DNA from: Beijerinckiaceae bacterium
GTDB taxonomy: Bacteria > Pseudomonadota > Alphaproteobacteria > Rhizobiales > Beijerinckiaceae
NCBI GenBank assembly: GCA_947478455.1
Contig: CANJWR010000001.1
Span: forward strand, 2,928 to 66,927
DNA length: 64,000 nt
Direction: 5' to 3'
Position numbers and translations under genes: made by a program
Notes under the pieces: model-generated
Told to the model about the DNA's origin: nothing
The model's input: only the letters and a program-made list of their open reading frames with translations
Database searches by the model: none
Shown here: piece by piece, positions 1 through 10,003 of the stretch
Layout: every line of letters begins with the position of its first letter
Position numbering within the stretch: position 1 is the stretch's first letter

Positions 1-1245
1 ACCATAGAAACAGCGCTCGATACGAAGATCGACTCACTTTTTGTCACTTTCAGCGAGCCCGTTGCGGCGGCCTCGATCGCCCAAGTCCACAAGGCCCGGA
101 TTGTCGACGGACAGGGCGCCCGAGATGTTGCGGTTAAGGTTCTGCGCCCCGGCGTCGAGCGGCGTTTTCGACGCGATCTGGATGACATGTTTTTCGCCGC
201 CCGGTTCGCCGAACGCCACTTTTCGGAGGCGCGGCGTCTGAAACTTGTCGAGGTCGTCGAAACGCTGGCCCGTTCGGTCCGGATGGAAATGGACTTCCGG
301 CTCGAGGCGGCGGCTTCGTCGGAGTTTGCTGAAAATATTGCGCATGATCCCGATTTCCGGCTTCCCAAGGTAGACTGGGACCGGACAGCCAAATCGGTCC
401 TGACACTGGAATGGATCGATGGCACGCCACTGTCGGATATCGCAGCCTTGCAGGCGCGCGTCGTTGATTTGCCGGCGTTGGGACGGACGATCATCCAGTC
501 CTTTCTGCGTCACGCAGTGCGCGATGGTTTTTTTCATGCCGACATGCATCAAGGCAATCTGTTCCTCGATCAGGAGGGCCGCCTGACAGCTGTCGATTTC
601 GGCATCATGGGCCGCCTGGGGCTGAAGGAACGGCGGTTTCTGGCCGAAATCCTTTACGGCTTCATCACCCGCGACTACCGGCGTGTGGCCGAAGTGCATT
701 TCGAGGCCGGCTATGTGCCGGCGACCCATAGTATCGACGATTTCGCACAGGCGATCCGGGCCATCGGCGAACCCATCCATTCGCGCACGGCCGACCAGAT
801 ATCGATGGCGAAACTGCTGACCCTGTTGTTCGAGATCACAGCTCTGTTCGACATGAAAACCCGAACAGAACTGGTGATGCTGCAGAAGACCATGGTGGTA
901 GTCGAAGGCGTGGCGCGGTCGCTCGATCCCCATCTCGACATGTGGTCGACTGCCGATCCGGTCGTGCGGTCATGGATTGCCGAGAATCTGGGACCGGCGG
1001 GAAAATTGCAGGATCTCGGGCGCGGACTTGCTTCGCTGGGACGGATCGCAGCCGGAGCGCCGGATCTTTTCGAGCGGGCCGAAAGGCTCGTCGGAGATAT
1101 AGAGGCCTCGACCCGCCACGGACTGCGGCTTTCGGCAGATTCGGTTGCCGACATCGGCCGCGCCGAGGCGCGCAGGGCGCGCTGGGGCAATGCGGCGCTT
1201 TGGGTCATCGCAGGCCTTCTGGCGGTCCTTGTTGTCGTGAGATAG
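1..1245 (+). CDS. ubiB: UbiB/ABC1-family ubiquinone biosynthesis kinase-like protein, 5-prime end cut by the window edge
   Basis: Frame 1 is open from nt 1 (TIETALDTKIDSLFVTFSEPVAAASIAQVHKARIV...VKVLRPGV), so the M at 187 in the ORF track is internal. ABC1 kinase-like motifs are present (HADMHQGNLF, DFGIMG) and there is a C-terminal hydrophobic segment. Confidence 0.88.
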   Translation, partial: TIETALDTKIDSLFVTFSEPVAAASIAQVHKARIVDGQGARDVAVKVLRPGVERRFRRDLDDMFFAARFAERHFSEARRLKLVEVVETLARSVRMEMDFRLEAAASSEFAENIAHDPDFRLPKVDWDRTAKSVLTLEWIDGTPLSDIAALQARVVDLPALGRTIIQSFLRHAVRDGFFHADMHQGNLFLDQEGRLTAVDFGIMGRLGLKERRFLAEILYGFITRDYRRVAEVHFEAGYVPATHSIDDFAQAIRAIGEPIHSRTADQISMAKLLTLLFEITALFDMKTRTELVMLQKTMVVVEGVARSLDPHLDMWSTADPVVRSWIAENLGPAGKLQDLGRGLASLGRIAAGAPDLFERAERLVGDIEASTRHGLRLSADSVADIGRAEARRARWGNAALWVIAGLLAVLVVVR

Positions 1246-1290
1246 TTTCGGTCAAACGCGAGCAGTGTGCTGTTCGCAAGAGGAACGCCG

Positions 1291-2532
1291 ATGCTGGCTG
1301 GGAAACGCATTCTACTGGTGATTGGGGGTGGCATAGCCGCCTACAAGTCGCTTGATCTCATCCGGCGACTGCGTGAGCGCGGCGCGAGCGTGCGTGTCGC
1401 CATGACCAACGCCGCAAAACAATTTGTCACGCCGCTTTCGGTTGCCAGCCTGAGCGGCGACAAAGTCTACGATGAGCTTTTTTCGCTGACCGATGAAGCC
1501 GAAATGGGGCATATCGAATTGTCCCGTGACGCCGACCTTGTGGTGGTTGCTCCCGCAACCGCCAATCTGCTGGCCAGGATGGCGCAGGGCCTTGCGGATG
1601 ATCTGGCGTCAACCTTGCTGCTGGCCACCGACAAGCGAACTCTGGTCGCACCGGCCATGAATCTGCGGATGTGGCTGCATCCGGCGACGCGGCGCAACGT
1701 CGAACAGTTGCAGCGGGACGGCATCCTGTTTGTCGGTCCCAGTGACGGCGCGATGGCCTGTGGAGAATTCGGGCCAGGCCGGATGAGCGAGCCGCTGGAA
1801 ATTGTCGCCGCCGTTGAGACGGCGCTTGCAGGAGAAACATTGCTGCCCCTGCCGAAAGGCGCGATGACTTCGGGCTCATTGAGCGGACGGCGCGTGATCG
1901 TCACGTCGGGTCCTACGCATGAACCCATTGATCCGGTTCGCTATATCGCAAACCGCTCGTCGGGCCGTCAGGGCCACGCAATAGCGGCCGCCGCTGCGGA
2001 AGCTGGTGCCGATGTCGTGCTGATCAGCGGCCCGGTCGAGATTGCCGATCCGAAAGGCCTTACGACAGTTCATGTCGAGACCGCGGAACAGATGCTGGCT
2101 GCCGCCGAAAAGGCTCTCCCGGCAGATATTTTCATTGCGGCGGCAGCGGTAGCGGACTGGCGAGTCGCAGAAGCCCGAAGCGAGAAGATCAAGAAGTCGG
2201 GCCCAACCCCTACGGTTCTGTCGATGATCGAGAATCCCGACATTCTGGCGACAATCTCCATGCGCAAAGCCGGACGACCGGGACTGGTCGTAGGATTTGC
2301 GGCCGAGACTGAGAAGGTGATCGGGCACGCGCAGGAAAAGCTGGCGCGCAAGGGCTGTGATCTGATTGTCGCCAACGACGTTTCACCTGAAAAAGGCGTC
2401 ATGGGCGGCACGAGCAATACCGTCCATCTCGTGACACCTCGGGGCGTCGAATCCTGGCCCGAAATGTCCAAATCGGATGTCGGCAGAAAGCTGATCGAAC
2501 GCCTCGCAACGTTGCTGGAACGCCAGTCATGA
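1291..2532 (+). CDS. coaBC: Bifunctional phosphopantothenoylcysteine decarboxylase / phosphopantothenate-cysteine ligase
   Basis: The N-terminal flavoprotein motif ([16 protein letters not shown]) and a C-terminal CoaB domain are present. The ATG at 1291 is preceded by GAGGA. The stop overlaps the dut start (ATGA). Confidence 0.92.
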   Translation: MLAGKRILLVIGGGIAAYKSLDLIRRLRERGASVRVAMTNAAKQFVTPLSVASLSGDKVYDELFSLTDEAEMGHIELSRDADLVVVAPATANLLARMAQGLADDLASTLLLATDKRTLVAPAMNLRMWLHPATRRNVEQLQRDGILFVGPSDGAMACGEFGPGRMSEPLEIVAAVETALAGETLLPLPKGAMTSGSLSGRRVIVTSGPTHEPIDPVRYIANRSSGRQGHAIAAAAAEAGADVVLISGPVEIADPKGLTTVHVETAEQMLAAAEKALPADIFIAAAAVADWRVAEARSEKIKKSGPTPTVLSMIENPDILATISMRKAGRPGLVVGFAAETEKVIGHAQEKLARKGCDLIVANDVSPEKGVMGGTSNTVHLVTPRGVESWPEMSKSDVGRKLIERLATLLERQS

Positions 2533-3005
2533 CAACGCCTGTCCCGTATCGGACCCTACCCCACGGCGAAGGGCTGCCTGCCCCCGATTACCAGTCGCCC
2601 GGCGCTGCGGGCATCGATCTGCTCGCAGCTATTCCCGAAACTTCACGACTGATTATTGAACCCGGTGCGCGTGAACTCGTGCCAACCGGCATATCGATTC
2701 AACTAGCGGAGGGTTTTGAAGCGCAAATTCGTCCTCGATCGGGGCTTGCGCTGAAAAATGGCGTCACGGTGCTGAATTCGCCGGGAACGATCGACAGCGA
2801 TTATCGAGGTGAGATCGGTGTCCTGCTGATCAACCACGGGTCGGTTCCCTTTGAGATTTTGCGTGGGGCCAGAATCGCCCAGATGGTGGTTGCGCCGGTA
2901 ACAAGAATTATACTGTCCGAAGTTTCGGACCTGTCTGCGACCCGGCGCGGCGCCGACGGGTTTGGATCGACGGGACTATTGTCGACACCGGAAAGGCAAT
3001 CATGA
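2529..3005 (+). CDS. dut: dUTP diphosphatase
   Basis: 158 aa with dUTPase motifs ([35 protein letters not shown]). It overlaps both neighbouring genes by 4 nt. Confidence 0.95.
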   Translation: MTTPVPYRTLPHGEGLPAPDYQSPGAAGIDLLAAIPETSRLIIEPGARELVPTGISIQLAEGFEAQIRPRSGLALKNGVTVLNSPGTIDSDYRGEIGVLLINHGSVPFEILRGARIAQMVVAPVTRIILSEVSDLSATRRGADGFGSTGLLSTPERQS

Positions 3006-3451
3006 ACCTGCTTTCTCGCCGCAGCAGACTGGCTGTCGCAGCTGTGGTCGATGTGGCGCTCCATGCCAGACCGCAGCCTGTTGCCGCAAAGGCTCTAGCG
3101 AATCGCCATAATCTGCCGCCCAGACACCTTGAAACCCTTTTGCAGGCGCTGGTGAAGGCCAACATTCTCAAGGGCGTCCGCGGCCCCCGTGGGGGATATG
3201 AACTCGCGCGCGAGCGGCGACGCATTTCAGCCGGTGATATTGTACGGGCGGCCATGAGCGACGGGTTCGATGAAGAAGAGGTCGTGGCAGAGTCAAAGCT
3301 CGTTCGTGAGGTCGTCACCCCTATGATCGACCTCGCTGGAGAAACTTTTTTGGCCGCACTGGATGCTGTCACGGTCGACGATCTGTGCCGGCAGGCCTCG
3401 GAAAGACAGGCTTTCGACATGGCCAGGGATGATGCCGATTTCACGATTTAA
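3002..3451 (+). CDS. Rrf2-family transcriptional regulator
   Basis: 149 aa with an N-terminal winged-helix typical of Rrf2/IscR/CymR proteins ([16 protein letters not shown]...[25 protein letters not shown]). Its start overlaps the dut stop. Confidence 0.8.
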   Translation: MNLLSRRSRLAVAAVVDVALHARPQPVAAKALANRHNLPPRHLETLLQALVKANILKGVRGPRGGYELARERRRISAGDIVRAAMSDGFDEEEVVAESKLVREVVTPMIDLAGETFLAALDAVTVDDLCRQASERQAFDMARDDADFTI

Positions 3452-3528
3452 AATGTATTAAAAACGATTTATCGACATATAGTGTGAATTTGGCAAACTA
3501 CTCCAACGATCAACTCAAGGAGCGTACC

Positions 3529-4491
3529 ATGGCGATTGCAGGCAAAGCGGGTCGGGGCCGGATTTACGGATCCATTACGGAAACCATCGGCGATACGCCC
3601 CTCGTGCGGCTCGATCGACTAGCGAAGGAAAAGGGCGTCAAGGCCAACCTTCTGGCAAAACTTGAGTTCTTCAATCCAATTTCGAGCGTCAAGGATCGTA
3701 TCGGGGTCGCGATGATCGATGCGCTGGAAGCCGCCGGAAAAATCACGCCCGGAAAGACGACGCTGGTCGAACCAACATCGGGCAATACCGGCATTGCGCT
3801 CGCCTTCGTGGCTGCGGCGCGCGGATACAAGCTCATGCTGGTCATGCCGGAATCGATGTCAATCGAGCGCCGGAAGATGCTGGCACTACTGGGCGCCGAA
3901 CTCGTTCTGACGCCTGCCCCGCAGGGCATGAAAGGCGCTATCGCAAAAGCCCAGGAAATTGTCGCCGCCACGCCGGGCGCCATCATCCCGCAACAGTTTG
4001 AAAACCCCGCCAACCCCGAGATCCACCGCAAGACGACCGCTGAGGAAATCTGGAACGACACGAACGGAACCGTCGATTTCCTGATCTCGGGCGTCGGCAC
4101 CGGCGGCACCATCACGGGCGTCGGTCAGGTGCTGAAATCCCGTAAGGCATCCGTCAAAATTGTTGCCGTCGAGCCAGAGGACTCGCCTGTTCTGTCCGGC
4201 GGGCAGCCAGGCCCCCACAAGATTCAGGGCATCGGGGCCGGCTTTGTCCCGGCGGTTCTCGATCGCTCGGTGATCGATGAGGTGGTGACAGTCGGAAACC
4301 AGACCGCCTTCGATACCGCGCGACTGCTTGCGCGCATTGAGGGCATTCCGGTTGGCATTTCGTCCGGGGCGGCTGTGGCGGCGGCTCTGGAAGTCGGGGC
4401 GCGCGCAGGCAATGAGGGCAAAAATATTGTCATCATCATCCCGTCTTTTGCTGAGCGCTATCTGTCGACAGCCCTGTTCGAAGGCCTGTAA
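3529..4491 (+). CDS. cysK: Cysteine synthase A (O-acetylserine sulfhydrylase)
   Basis: PLP-dependent CysK motifs are present ([46 protein letters not shown]). The ATG at 3529 is preceded by AAGGAG, so the ORF-track start at 3484 is probably too long. Confidence 0.93.
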   Translation: MAIAGKAGRGRIYGSITETIGDTPLVRLDRLAKEKGVKANLLAKLEFFNPISSVKDRIGVAMIDALEAAGKITPGKTTLVEPTSGNTGIALAFVAAARGYKLMLVMPESMSIERRKMLALLGAELVLTPAPQGMKGAIAKAQEIVAATPGAIIPQQFENPANPEIHRKTTAEEIWNDTNGTVDFLISGVGTGGTITGVGQVLKSRKASVKIVAVEPEDSPVLSGGQPGPHKIQGIGAGFVPAVLDRSVIDEVVTVGNQTAFDTARLLARIEGIPVGISSGAAVAAALEVGARAGNEGKNIVIIIPSFAERYLSTALFEGL

Positions 4492-4505
4492 AGACATCTC
4501 CAGAA

Positions 4506-4530
4506 CCGCGAGGCTTCTTGTGCCTCGCGG
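4506..4530 (+). terminator. Perfect 9-bp stem hairpin downstream of cysK (no U-tract)
   Basis: CCGCGAGGC-ttcttgt-GCCTCGCGG lies 15 nt after the cysK stop. No T-run follows, so it could be a weak terminator, an attenuator or a processing stem. Confidence 0.3.
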
Positions 4531-4557
4531 CACGGATATGAAGGCACAGGACGAACC

Positions 4558-5442
4558 ATGGAACGCAGACTGCGCGGCGTGATCGCGGCCATTGCAACGC
4601 CCATCGACGCCAGTTTCGAGCCCGATGTCGAGCGCTTCGGCAGGCTTGCAAATTATCTGCTCGGAAACGGCTGCGACGCACTGAACGTTCTCGGCACAAC
4701 CGGGGAAGCGACATCATTTTCCCGCGCCCAGCGGATGCGGGTCATGACTGCGGCCGCCAAACATGCGGATGCCTCGCGCATGATGGTTGGCACTGGGGCA
4801 GCGGCGCTGGACGACGCGATCGCGCTGACGCGCCATGCTGCCGAACTGGGATTTGCGGGAGCCCTGATCCTTCCGCCTTTCTATTACAAGGGCGTTGGCG
4901 ACGAAGGCGTGCTTCGGTATTTCCAGTCGATCGCAGAAGCGAATACGTCGCCAGCCATTTCGATCTATCTTTATCATTACCCGGCCTTGTCGGGCGTTCC
5001 GTTTACCCCCACGCTGGTCGAGAAGCTGGTGAGGCAGAACCCCGGGCGCATCGTCGGCCTGAAGGATTCATCCGGCGACATGGCCTATGCGAAGTCCATT
5101 GCCGACGCTCATTCTGAACTGGCCGTTTTCCCCTCGACGGAAGCTATCCTGCTGGAGGCCCGCGCCGGGCAATTCGCCGGGTGCATCTCGGCGACTGCCA
5201 ATCTCAATTCCGCCTTTTGCGCGCGAGCATTCCGGCAGGGCGATGCTGCGGCTCACGCAAACGCAGTGGCTATCCGGAAATTGTTTGACGGCAAGGCATT
5301 GGTGGCGGGTGTGAAAGCCGGTGTGGCGCATATCATGGACGACCCGGCCTTCGCGACGCCCATGCCGCCCCTGTCTGTCTGGTCGAGCGCCGATCGGCGC
5401 GAACTTGCGCACGACCTGTCGGCCCTGAGGGCGGTACTGTAA
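4558..5442 (+). CDS. Dihydrodipicolinate synthase/N-acetylneuraminate lyase family (class I aldolase) protein, substrate unknown
   Basis: 294 aa with DapA-family motifs (GTTGEATSFS, YYKG, GLKDSSG carrying the Schiff-base lysine). I cannot say whether it is the housekeeping dapA. Confidence 0.8.
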   Translation: MERRLRGVIAAIATPIDASFEPDVERFGRLANYLLGNGCDALNVLGTTGEATSFSRAQRMRVMTAAAKHADASRMMVGTGAAALDDAIALTRHAAELGFAGALILPPFYYKGVGDEGVLRYFQSIAEANTSPAISIYLYHYPALSGVPFTPTLVEKLVRQNPGRIVGLKDSSGDMAYAKSIADAHSELAVFPSTEAILLEARAGQFAGCISATANLNSAFCARAFRQGDAAAHANAVAIRKLFDGKALVAGVKAGVAHIMDDPAFATPMPPLSVWSSADRRELAHDLSALRAVL

Positions 5443-6204
5443 TTGGCCGATGTTGGCTGGCAGATTGTCGTTCTGCTGGCGCTGGTGGCCTTCGTGGCCG
5501 GATTTATCGACGCGATTGCAGGCGGCGGCGGATTGTTGACGCTCCCTGCCCTGGTGATAGTCGGCCTCGATCCCGTCAGCGCCATCGCCACCAACAAGAT
5601 GCAATCGACTTTCGGGTCTGGCGCAGCCACGCTGGCATTCGCCCGACGAGGCTTCCTCGACCGCAAGACCGTTCTGCCACTCGTTATTGCCGCCGGCCTT
5701 GGGTCGATCCTTGGTGCCAGACTGCTTCCCTACATGTCTGCCGGCTCGGTCGCCCGCGTGCTGCCCGTGGCTCTCCTGATGGTTGCGAGCTATTTTGCCC
5801 TGTCGCCTCGGTTCGGAAAGCCGTCCAACACACCCACAAAGTCCCGTCCCTTCGCTTTGACAGCTGCAATCCCGGCGATCGGCCTTTATGATGGCATGTT
5901 CGGACCAGGAACTGGCTCGTTTTTCATGTTAGCCTTTGTGTCTCTAGGTGGACTTCGAATTCTCGACGCCACCGCCCGGACAAAGGTAGCAAATTTCGCC
6001 TCCAACCTTGCCGGGTTTGTCGCCTTTGCGATGGCCGGCAGTGTCATTTACCAGATCGGTCTGGCCATGGCTGCGGCCCAGCTTGCGGGCGGCTGGCTGG
6101 GAGCCCAGACTTCGATCAACACCGGCGGCGCTTGGGTTCGGCCCGCGGTGGTGACGATGAGCGTTCTGCTCGCCGGCAAGCTTCTGTTTGATGCTTTTCG
6201 TTGA
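5443..6204 (+). CDS. TauE/SafE-family sulfite/organosulfonate exporter-type membrane protein
   Basis: 253 aa, polytopic and hydrophobic, with the family motif FIDAIAGGGGLLTLPAL. The TTG start directly abuts the stop of the DapA-family gene, and the exact start is uncertain. Confidence 0.78.
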   Translation: MADVGWQIVVLLALVAFVAGFIDAIAGGGGLLTLPALVIVGLDPVSAIATNKMQSTFGSGAATLAFARRGFLDRKTVLPLVIAAGLGSILGARLLPYMSAGSVARVLPVALLMVASYFALSPRFGKPSNTPTKSRPFALTAAIPAIGLYDGMFGPGTGSFFMLAFVSLGGLRILDATARTKVANFASNLAGFVAFAMAGSVIYQIGLAMAAAQLAGGWLGAQTSINTGGAWVRPAVVTMSVLLAGKLLFDAFR

Positions 6205-6240
6205 ATCTTCAGTCAGGACATTTCTTTGTCCTGCGGAGCA

Positions 6241-6270
6241 TTGACGGCGACCGCCACCTGCCGGTATAAG
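6241..6270 (+). promoter_or_regulatory. Putative sigma-70-type promoter for rpsT
   Basis: TTGACG (6241-6246), an 18-nt spacer, then TATAAG (6265-6270), about 80 nt upstream of the rpsT ATG. This is a motif match only. Confidence 0.35.
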
Positions 6271-6347
6271 CCGCCGCAACGACGGTGCCATGGGGCGCCG
6301 GGTTTTGTTTTGAGCGCTCGAGTGTTGCGCTCGTCCGGGGAATATCC

Positions 6348-6614
6348 ATGGCGAATACGAGTTCGGCCAAAAAGGCTGTTAGGAAAATTGCTCGCCGCAC
6401 GGCCGATAACCGGTCGCGCCGCAGCCAGATGCGCACCTATATCCGCAAGGTCGAGGAGGCTCTTGAGTCTGGAAACGCCGCTCAGGCCCAGACCGCCCTG
6501 CACGAAGCTGAGCCACTGATCATGCGCGCCGCCCAGAAGGGTATCGTGCACAAGAACACTGCCAGCCGGAAGGTTTCACGCCTGACCGCCCGCGTGAAGC
6601 AGCTCGCAAAGTAA
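6348..6614 (+). CDS. rpsT: 30S ribosomal protein S20
   Basis: [38 protein letters not shown]..., 88 aa. The ORF-track start at 6285 adds a non-homologous extension. Confidence 0.95.
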   Translation: MANTSSAKKAVRKIARRTADNRSRRSQMRTYIRKVEEALESGNAAQAQTALHEAEPLIMRAAQKGIVHKNTASRKVSRLTARVKQLAK

Positions 6615-6634
6615 ATTTTGCTCTTTTCGGAAAA

Positions 6635-6661
6635 GGCCCGGTCATGACCGGGCCTTTTTTG
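6635..6661 (+). terminator. Rho-independent terminator of rpsT
   Basis: GGCCCGGTCATGACCGGGCC hairpin (6635-6654) followed by a T7 run. Confidence 0.85.
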
Positions 6662-6779
6662 ATTCTAGAATGTGCCGTCACCATTGCAGGAATGCCACAC
6701 GCGAATATTTTGAACTCGCTTTTTTGCCGCACAATCAATTCGGATGCGATTCAATGGGTTGCGGACCAAGCACTAAATG

Positions 6780-6819
6780 CTGACGAACACTCTGCACTTG
6801 ACTCATCTGACGAACGCTC
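6780..6819 (+). repeat. Direct repeat CTGACGAAC(A/G)CTC x2 in the dnaA upstream region
   Basis: The 13-mers at 6780-6792 and 6807-6819 are identical at 12 of 13 positions, with a 27-bp centre-to-centre spacing. Confidence 0.6.
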
Positions 6820-7357
6820 GACACTAGGTTTGTTTCGGCGGCAACATGTTTGCTATGCCTGCACTGGGCTTCAGGACTCTCCCCCCGGATTCAAGCGCTT
6901 GCAAGCGTCAAGACTGAATCACCAAAATCTACATCAGCCTTTCGATCCCGGATTATGGCAGTCCCATGACAGGAATCGTTGCGCCCCGATCAGTCGGATT
7001 GTAATGTTTAATGACAGTGGGACTGAAGATTTTTGGGCGCTTGGGGCTACTCCAATCATCATTGATGGACACCGCAGAATTCTGCTTAGTCCGGTGGTAG
7101 GTAGCGAATTCCTGCGCTTGATTTCCTGAGTTTCGCTGGAGGTCGTTGGAACGATTGCGGTTCGTTCTGGTTCATTTTCATTTTTGTATGACAGGCTGTG
7201 CGCGTTGCACAGAAGGAGCTTCTATGTCCTGGGCGACAGATCTTTTTTGCGATCTCAGGTCCAACGATTTTCACATCCGCTTTATTCGGTAAGCCGGGGT
7301 CAGTTTGATTCCGGTTCGCAGTAAGAAGAAATTTCTATAACGAAGAACGCAACGAAA

Positions 7358-8905
7358 ATGACAAATAGCAACATGCGGGGATTGGCTTTGCACGAAGATC
7401 ATGAAGCCGATGCCCTGAGCGCCTTTGATACATCGTCCTGGTCTCGGATCGTTCAGCGATTGCGTGCAGAAGTTGGAGAAGATGTTTTCAATTCGTGGTT
7501 TGCCCGCCTTGAAATGACATCTGTTCGCGATGGCGTCGCTTATCTGACCGTCCCGACAAAATTCCTGAAGAGTTGGATCGATTCCCATTATACAGACCGT
7601 ATTTTGCTAATCCTTTGTTCCGAACTGGGAGGCGTTGAAAGGCTCTCGGTATCTGTGCGTACATCATCGCGTATCCCGCCGAGCCGCGGAGCGGATTTGA
7701 TACAATCCATCTCTGTCAAATCGCTGTCGGCGGTATCGGTTGCGACTCGATCTTCTTCCTTCGGTCTGGAGCGCGGAGATCAGGGCCGCTCAGTATCTGT
7801 GCGGGATGCCATCGGGACAGGCTTCAATTCTTCGACGAGGCCATGGGATCAGAGTGGAAGCAGTCTGGCCGGATCGCCCCTTGATCCCCGCCTGACTTTC
7901 GAGACCTTTCTGGTCGGCCGCTCAAATCAGCTCGCACATGCGGCGGCAGTGAAGATGACCGAGACCGGAGCAAATTCCGTTCGGTATAATCCCCTGTATG
8001 TTCATGCATCGGTTGGTCTTGGGAAAACCCACCTTTTGCAGGCAATTGCTCATTCTGTTTCCGCTTCGGGGCGACGAGTTATTTATCTGACAGCCGAAAA
8101 GTTCATGTATGGCTTTGTGTCGGCGTTGAAGTCCCAAACGGCCATCGCCTTCAAAGAGAAGCTGCGCGCTATCGATACACTCATCATCGATGACGTTCAG
8201 TTTCTGCAAGGCAAGCAAATCCAGCAGGAGTTCTGCCACACGCTCAATTCCCTTATAGATGCAGGGCGTCAGGTGGTGACGGCTGCTGACAGACCTCCGA
8301 CAGAGCTTGAAAGCCTTGATGAGCGCGTTCGCTCGCGACTGGCCGGAGGGCTGTCGGTGGAAATGGGCGGTCTTGATGAAGGATTGCGGGTCAAGATTCT
8401 GGAAGCCCGTATAGCAAACGCACAACGTACGCATGCCAATTTCGATGTTCCAGCGCCAATCGTCATTTATCTGGCAAAGGCACTCCGAACCAATGGTCGG
8501 GATCTTGACGGCGCTGTCAACCGATTACTCGCCCATGCAACTCTGACCGGCGCGGCGCTCACGACCGAAATGGCGGAAGTCGCGATCAGCGATCTTGTTC
8601 GTTCGCGGGAACCCAAGCGGGTCAGGATTGAAGATATTCAAAAGCTGGTTGCCTCGCATTACAACGTCAGCAGATCGGACCTGCTTTCAGCACGCCGGAC
8701 GGCCGCCGTTGTGAGGCCTCGCCAGATCGCAATGTATCTTTCGAAGGTTCTGACGCTTCGTTCCTTGCCGGAGATCGGAAGGCGCTTCGGTGGTCGGGAT
8801 CACACGACAGTTCTGCATGCCGTTCGAAAGATCGACGGCCTGGCGGCAAAAGACGCATCCCTGTCAGAAGTTATCGAGCTTCTGAAACGCATCCTGAACG
8901 ATTGA
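7358..8905 (+). CDS. dnaA: Chromosomal replication initiator protein DnaA
   Basis: 515 aa. It has an N-terminal domain I, a Ser-rich linker, an AAA+ domain ([19 protein letters not shown]) and a C-terminal DNA-binding domain ([12 protein letters not shown]). Confidence 0.97.
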   Translation: MTNSNMRGLALHEDHEADALSAFDTSSWSRIVQRLRAEVGEDVFNSWFARLEMTSVRDGVAYLTVPTKFLKSWIDSHYTDRILLILCSELGGVERLSVSVRTSSRIPPSRGADLIQSISVKSLSAVSVATRSSSFGLERGDQGRSVSVRDAIGTGFNSSTRPWDQSGSSLAGSPLDPRLTFETFLVGRSNQLAHAAAVKMTETGANSVRYNPLYVHASVGLGKTHLLQAIAHSVSASGRRVIYLTAEKFMYGFVSALKSQTAIAFKEKLRAIDTLIIDDVQFLQGKQIQQEFCHTLNSLIDAGRQVVTAADRPPTELESLDERVRSRLAGGLSVEMGGLDEGLRVKILEARIANAQRTHANFDVPAPIVIYLAKALRTNGRDLDGAVNRLLAHATLTGAALTTEMAEVAISDLVRSREPKRVRIEDIQKLVASHYNVSRSDLLSARRTAAVVRPRQIAMYLSKVLTLRSLPEIGRRFGGRDHTTVLHAVRKIDGLAAKDASLSEVIELLKRILND

Positions 8906-8917
8906 AAGATCATTCGT

Positions 8918-10003
8918 TCATTTGCCCGTTTTGACACGCGTCCATTCGCGCGTGATTATTTTCTGTGTAGCCTGATCCTTGGATGAAACGGTGAATAACC
9001 GTTTCATCGTTGCATCATCTGGATAGATTGATTTGTTTTCCAGAATTTCCTTAGGGAGGAAGTTCCTAGAATCGCTAACCGGATTTGCAAAATTTGTCAC
9101 CCTGGAATTTCGGGCCGCGACTTCGGGGCTCAGCAGATAATTGATGAACGCGTATGCTTCCTCCACGTGATCAGCGTCTTTCGGGACCGCCAGATTATCG
9201 AGCGAAATAAGCGTTCCCTCTTTGGGGATTAGATAGTCGATCTCGACGCCATTGCGCGCTTCCTGCGCGCGGTTGCGTGCCTGAAAACTGTCGCCCGCCC
9301 AACCGACAGCAAGGCAAATGTCTCCATTGGCGAGGGCGTTGATATATTCGGACGAATGAAATTTCTTCACCAGCGGCTTGATCTTGATCACAGTATCCGC
9401 AGCGCGGCGGATGTCTGCCGGATTTTTTGAATCAGGATTCAGTCCACTAAATCGCAGTGCTGCAGAAAAAATATCTTCAGGGCTGTCGAGCAAATAGACT
9501 CCGCAGTCGGCAAATTTGCGAAGGTTCTCAGGCTTGAAAATAGCGTCCCAGTTATCGGGAGCCTTGTCGCCGAATCGGGCTTTCACTTTTCCGACGTTGA
9601 AAGCGATGCCGGTTGTGAACCACATATAATTGACTGCATACTGGTTGCCCGGATCATAGACTGAGAGGCGTCCCATGATGTCTGCATTCAGGTTTCGATA
9701 GTTGCCAAGTTTTGATCTGTCGATCTTTTGAAAAACGCCAACCTGAATCTGGCGCTGCAGGAATGTCGCTGACGGAACGACAATGTCGTAACCGGTCTTC
9801 CCAGCCAGAAGTTTTGTTTCAAGCGTTTCGTTTGAATCGTAGGTGTCGTAGACAACCCGGATCCCTGTTTCGCGGGTGAAGTCATCCAGCACCGTCGGGT
9901 CTACATAGTCCGACCAATTGTAGACGTTCACGACACGATTCTGAGCAGCGGCGGGCGACAATAGTGTCAATGTCGCCATTGCGATCCAGAGATAATTCCT
10001 CAC
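8918..10003 (-). CDS. PotF/PotD-family polyamine (putrescine/spermidine) ABC-type periplasmic binding protein
   Basis: 361 aa with a signal peptide (IAMATLTLLSPAAAQ) and the family signature (VNVYNWSDYVDP...). The GTG start overlaps the stop of the upstream aminotransferase (GTGA). No permease or ATPase gene is nearby. Confidence 0.82.
   Translation of the reverse strand: MRNYLWIAMATLTLLSPAAAQNRVVNVYNWSDYVDPTVLDDFTRETGIRVVYDTYDSNETLETKLLAGKTGYDIVVPSATFLQRQIQVGVFQKIDRSKLGNYRNLNADIMGRLSVYDPGNQYAVNYMWFTTGIAFNVGKVKARFGDKAPDNWDAIFKPENLRKFADCGVYLLDSPEDIFSAALRFSGLNPDSKNPADIRRAADTVIKIKPLVKKFHSSEYINALANGDICLAVGWAGDSFQARNRAQEARNGVEIDYLIPKEGTLISLDNLAVPKDADHVEEAYAFINYLLSPEVAARNSRVTNFANPVSDSRNFLPKEILENKSIYPDDATMKRLFTVSSKDQATQKIITREWTRVKTGK

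Noticed and set aside
34-933. 299-aa ORF on the minus strand overlapping ubiB. Similar long antisense ORFs occur at 711-1334, 17319-17870, 23784-24422, 35639-36589, 37355-37708, 62976-63614 and 63227-63730.
   Set aside because: Each lies antisense to, or out of frame with, a gene that has clear family motifs. Their translations are Arg/Pro/Gly/Ser-rich low-complexity sequence with no recognisable domains, as expected for spurious open frames in GC-rich DNA.
6644-7129. 161-aa plus-strand ORF in the rpsT-dnaA spacer
   Set aside because: It starts inside the rpsT terminator hairpin and has no Shine-Dalgarno sequence. It uses many rare codons and shows no third-position GC bias or family resemblance. 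I treat it as non-coding unless conservation or translation data say otherwise.
7149-7163. GAAC-N7-GTTC upstream of dnaA as a LexA box
   Set aside because: The alphaproteobacterial LexA motif is a direct repeat, whereas this is an inverted repeat. I kept it only as a detail of the dnaA upstream finding.
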